IMG/VR virus record: IMGVR_UViG_3300028895_001288
Reading direction: 5' to 3' (one strand)
DNA from: an uncultured virus (IMG/VR IMGVR_UViG_3300028895_001288)
Taxonomy: Duplodnaviria; Heunggongvirae; Uroviricota; Caudoviricetes
Length of the DNA: 64,000 nt
Shown here: positions 63,121 through 64,000 of the stretch, piece by piece
How the letters are laid out: the number at the start of each line of letters is the position of its first letter
Numbering within the stretch: the first letter of the stretch is position 1
The notes under the pieces: generated by a model
The model's input: the letters and a program-made list of their open reading frames with translations, nothing else
What the model was told of the DNA's origin: nothing
Database searches by the model: none
Position numbers and translations under genes: made by a program

Positions 63121-63731
63121 TGGAAGCGACCTACGACCACAACCTGGCCGTCTTCGGCCGCTGGATCGGATTCTGGCGCGACCGTTGGCACAGCAAGGGC
63201 GAAGCCTACAGCGGCGGCGTCGAGCAGACCCGCACCATCGAAGGCATCATCCGAGGCCTTTTCTCCCCCAAGCACTACTACCCGGACGCCATGGACTTCG
63301 GCGCTGGCCACGGCCGCTTCTGCGAGCTGATGAGCCTGTACTGCGGCCACATCTGGGCGGCGGACATCGTGGACGACATGCTGGACTGCTACGGTTCCAA
63401 GGCGCCCACGGTCACGCCCATGAAGCTGGAGTGGCCGGTCAAGCTGCCCCTGCGGGACGACAAGCTGGACCTGCTGTGGGCCTTCTTCACCTTCCAGCAC
63501 ATCGTCGACCCCACCATCTTCCAGCTCACCACCCAGGAGCTGCGCCGGGTCCTCAAGTCCGGTTCTCGCATCCTGATCATTGACAACGCCGTCGATACGG
63601 CCAATCATGTACGTTCCCGCGGCCCCGAGGCACTGGGGAAAGCACTGGGCATGAAGCCCGGCTTCACGCAAGTGCGCGTGACCATAGGGAATCCGCATGA
63701 CCATTGGCTGATCGACGGGGTCAAGGCTTAA
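63117..63731 (+). CDS. Class I SAM methyltransferase
   Basis: MDFGAGHGRF, AADI, FQHI, ELRRVLKSG. Confidence 0.88.
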   Translation: MMEATYDHNLAVFGRWIGFWRDRWHSKGEAYSGGVEQTRTIEGIIRGLFSPKHYYPDAMDFGAGHGRFCELMSLYCGHIWAADIVDDMLDCYGSKAPTVTPMKLEWPVKLPLRDDKLDLLWAFFTFQHIVDPTIFQLTTQELRRVLKSGSRILIIDNAVDTANHVRSRGPEALGKALGMKPGFTQVRVTIGNPHDHWLIDGVKA

Positions 63732-64000
63732 TGCCCAAGGAAGACTTCGCCCCAGGACTACCCGACCCCTCCCGCTTCGGTGAGATACACAAGCTCATCA
63801 CGGGGAAGGAGCTCCCCTTTGTCATACAGCGGCACCTGGCAGAGCGAGCCGGCCCACACTACGACGTCCGATTCGGTACACGTCCAGACGCCCAGGCTCC
63901 GCTGGTCTCGTTCGCCACGAAGAAGGACTGGCCGGGGCCCGGCGGCAAGACGATGCTCTTCCAGCAGCCGCTCCACAGCGGACAGTACGCCGACTTCGAG
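63731..64000 (+). CDS. LigD-type 3'-phosphoesterase domain protein (truncated by window end)
   Basis: MPKEDFAPG...FVIQRHLAERAGPHYDVRF...SFATKK...QQPLHSGQYADFE. Confidence 0.75.
   Translation, partial: MPKEDFAPGLPDPSRFGEIHKLITGKELPFVIQRHLAERAGPHYDVRFGTRPDAQAPLVSFATKKDWPGPGGKTMLFQQPLHSGQYADFE

Larger units (their letters stand above)
1..64000. mobile_element. Segment of a large (jumbo-type) bacteriophage genome
   Basis: Unidirectional, tightly coupled small ORFs, mostly hypothetical. Phage-typical accessory genes (NADAR, RuvC-like, DnaQ-like, tmRNA, glycan genes) and a probable portal. No host housekeeping operons or att sites seen. Confidence 0.85.

Noticed and set aside
1..64000. Many long minus-strand and alternate-frame ORFs (e.g. 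59858-61672, 46011-47324, 34797-35993, 27551-28591)
   Set aside because: Shadow ORFs of GC-rich coding sequence; they overlap better-supported genes and carry no motifs
1..64000. Genome-wide TGA reassignment (alternative genetic code)
   Set aside because: TGA ends many genes cleanly, often in ATGA/TGATG overlaps; only site-specific read-through is supported

Overview
A 64-kb, GC-rich, very gene-dense segment that reads as part of a large (jumbo-type) tailed-phage genome. Almost all genes lie on the + strand, translationally coupled by 1-20 nt overlaps. The first ~27 kb is mostly small hypothetical genes, including a sulfotransferase, NADAR, a nucleoside-deoxyribosyltransferase-like protein, methyltransferases and a P-loop kinase. 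The middle holds the only convincing minus-strand gene (an ATP-grasp ligase head-to-head with a zincin peptidase), a glycan-modification cluster, a metacaspase and a permuted papain-like enzyme. The right end carries a complete tmRNA, a DnaQ-like exonuclease, a RuvC-like resolvase, an HldE-type heptose kinase, a probable portal protein, a receiver-like domain and a LigD-type phosphoesterase truncated by the window edge. Highlights: (1) a Rdx/SelW-family selenoprotein gene (47429-47677) missed by the ORF track, with a CxxU motif (in-frame TGA), a bacterial SECIS-like hairpin and an apparently leaderless promoter; (2) three separate tandem paralogue arrays (13, 7 and 5 genes) with variable N-termini and a conserved C-terminal motif whose codons also supply the RBS and/or start codon of the next copy; (3) the ATP-grasp/peptidase pair whose start codons overlap in one CCATGG palindrome; (4) a non-canonical tRNA-like RNA. 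All functional calls come from motif recognition by eye; no database search was run.
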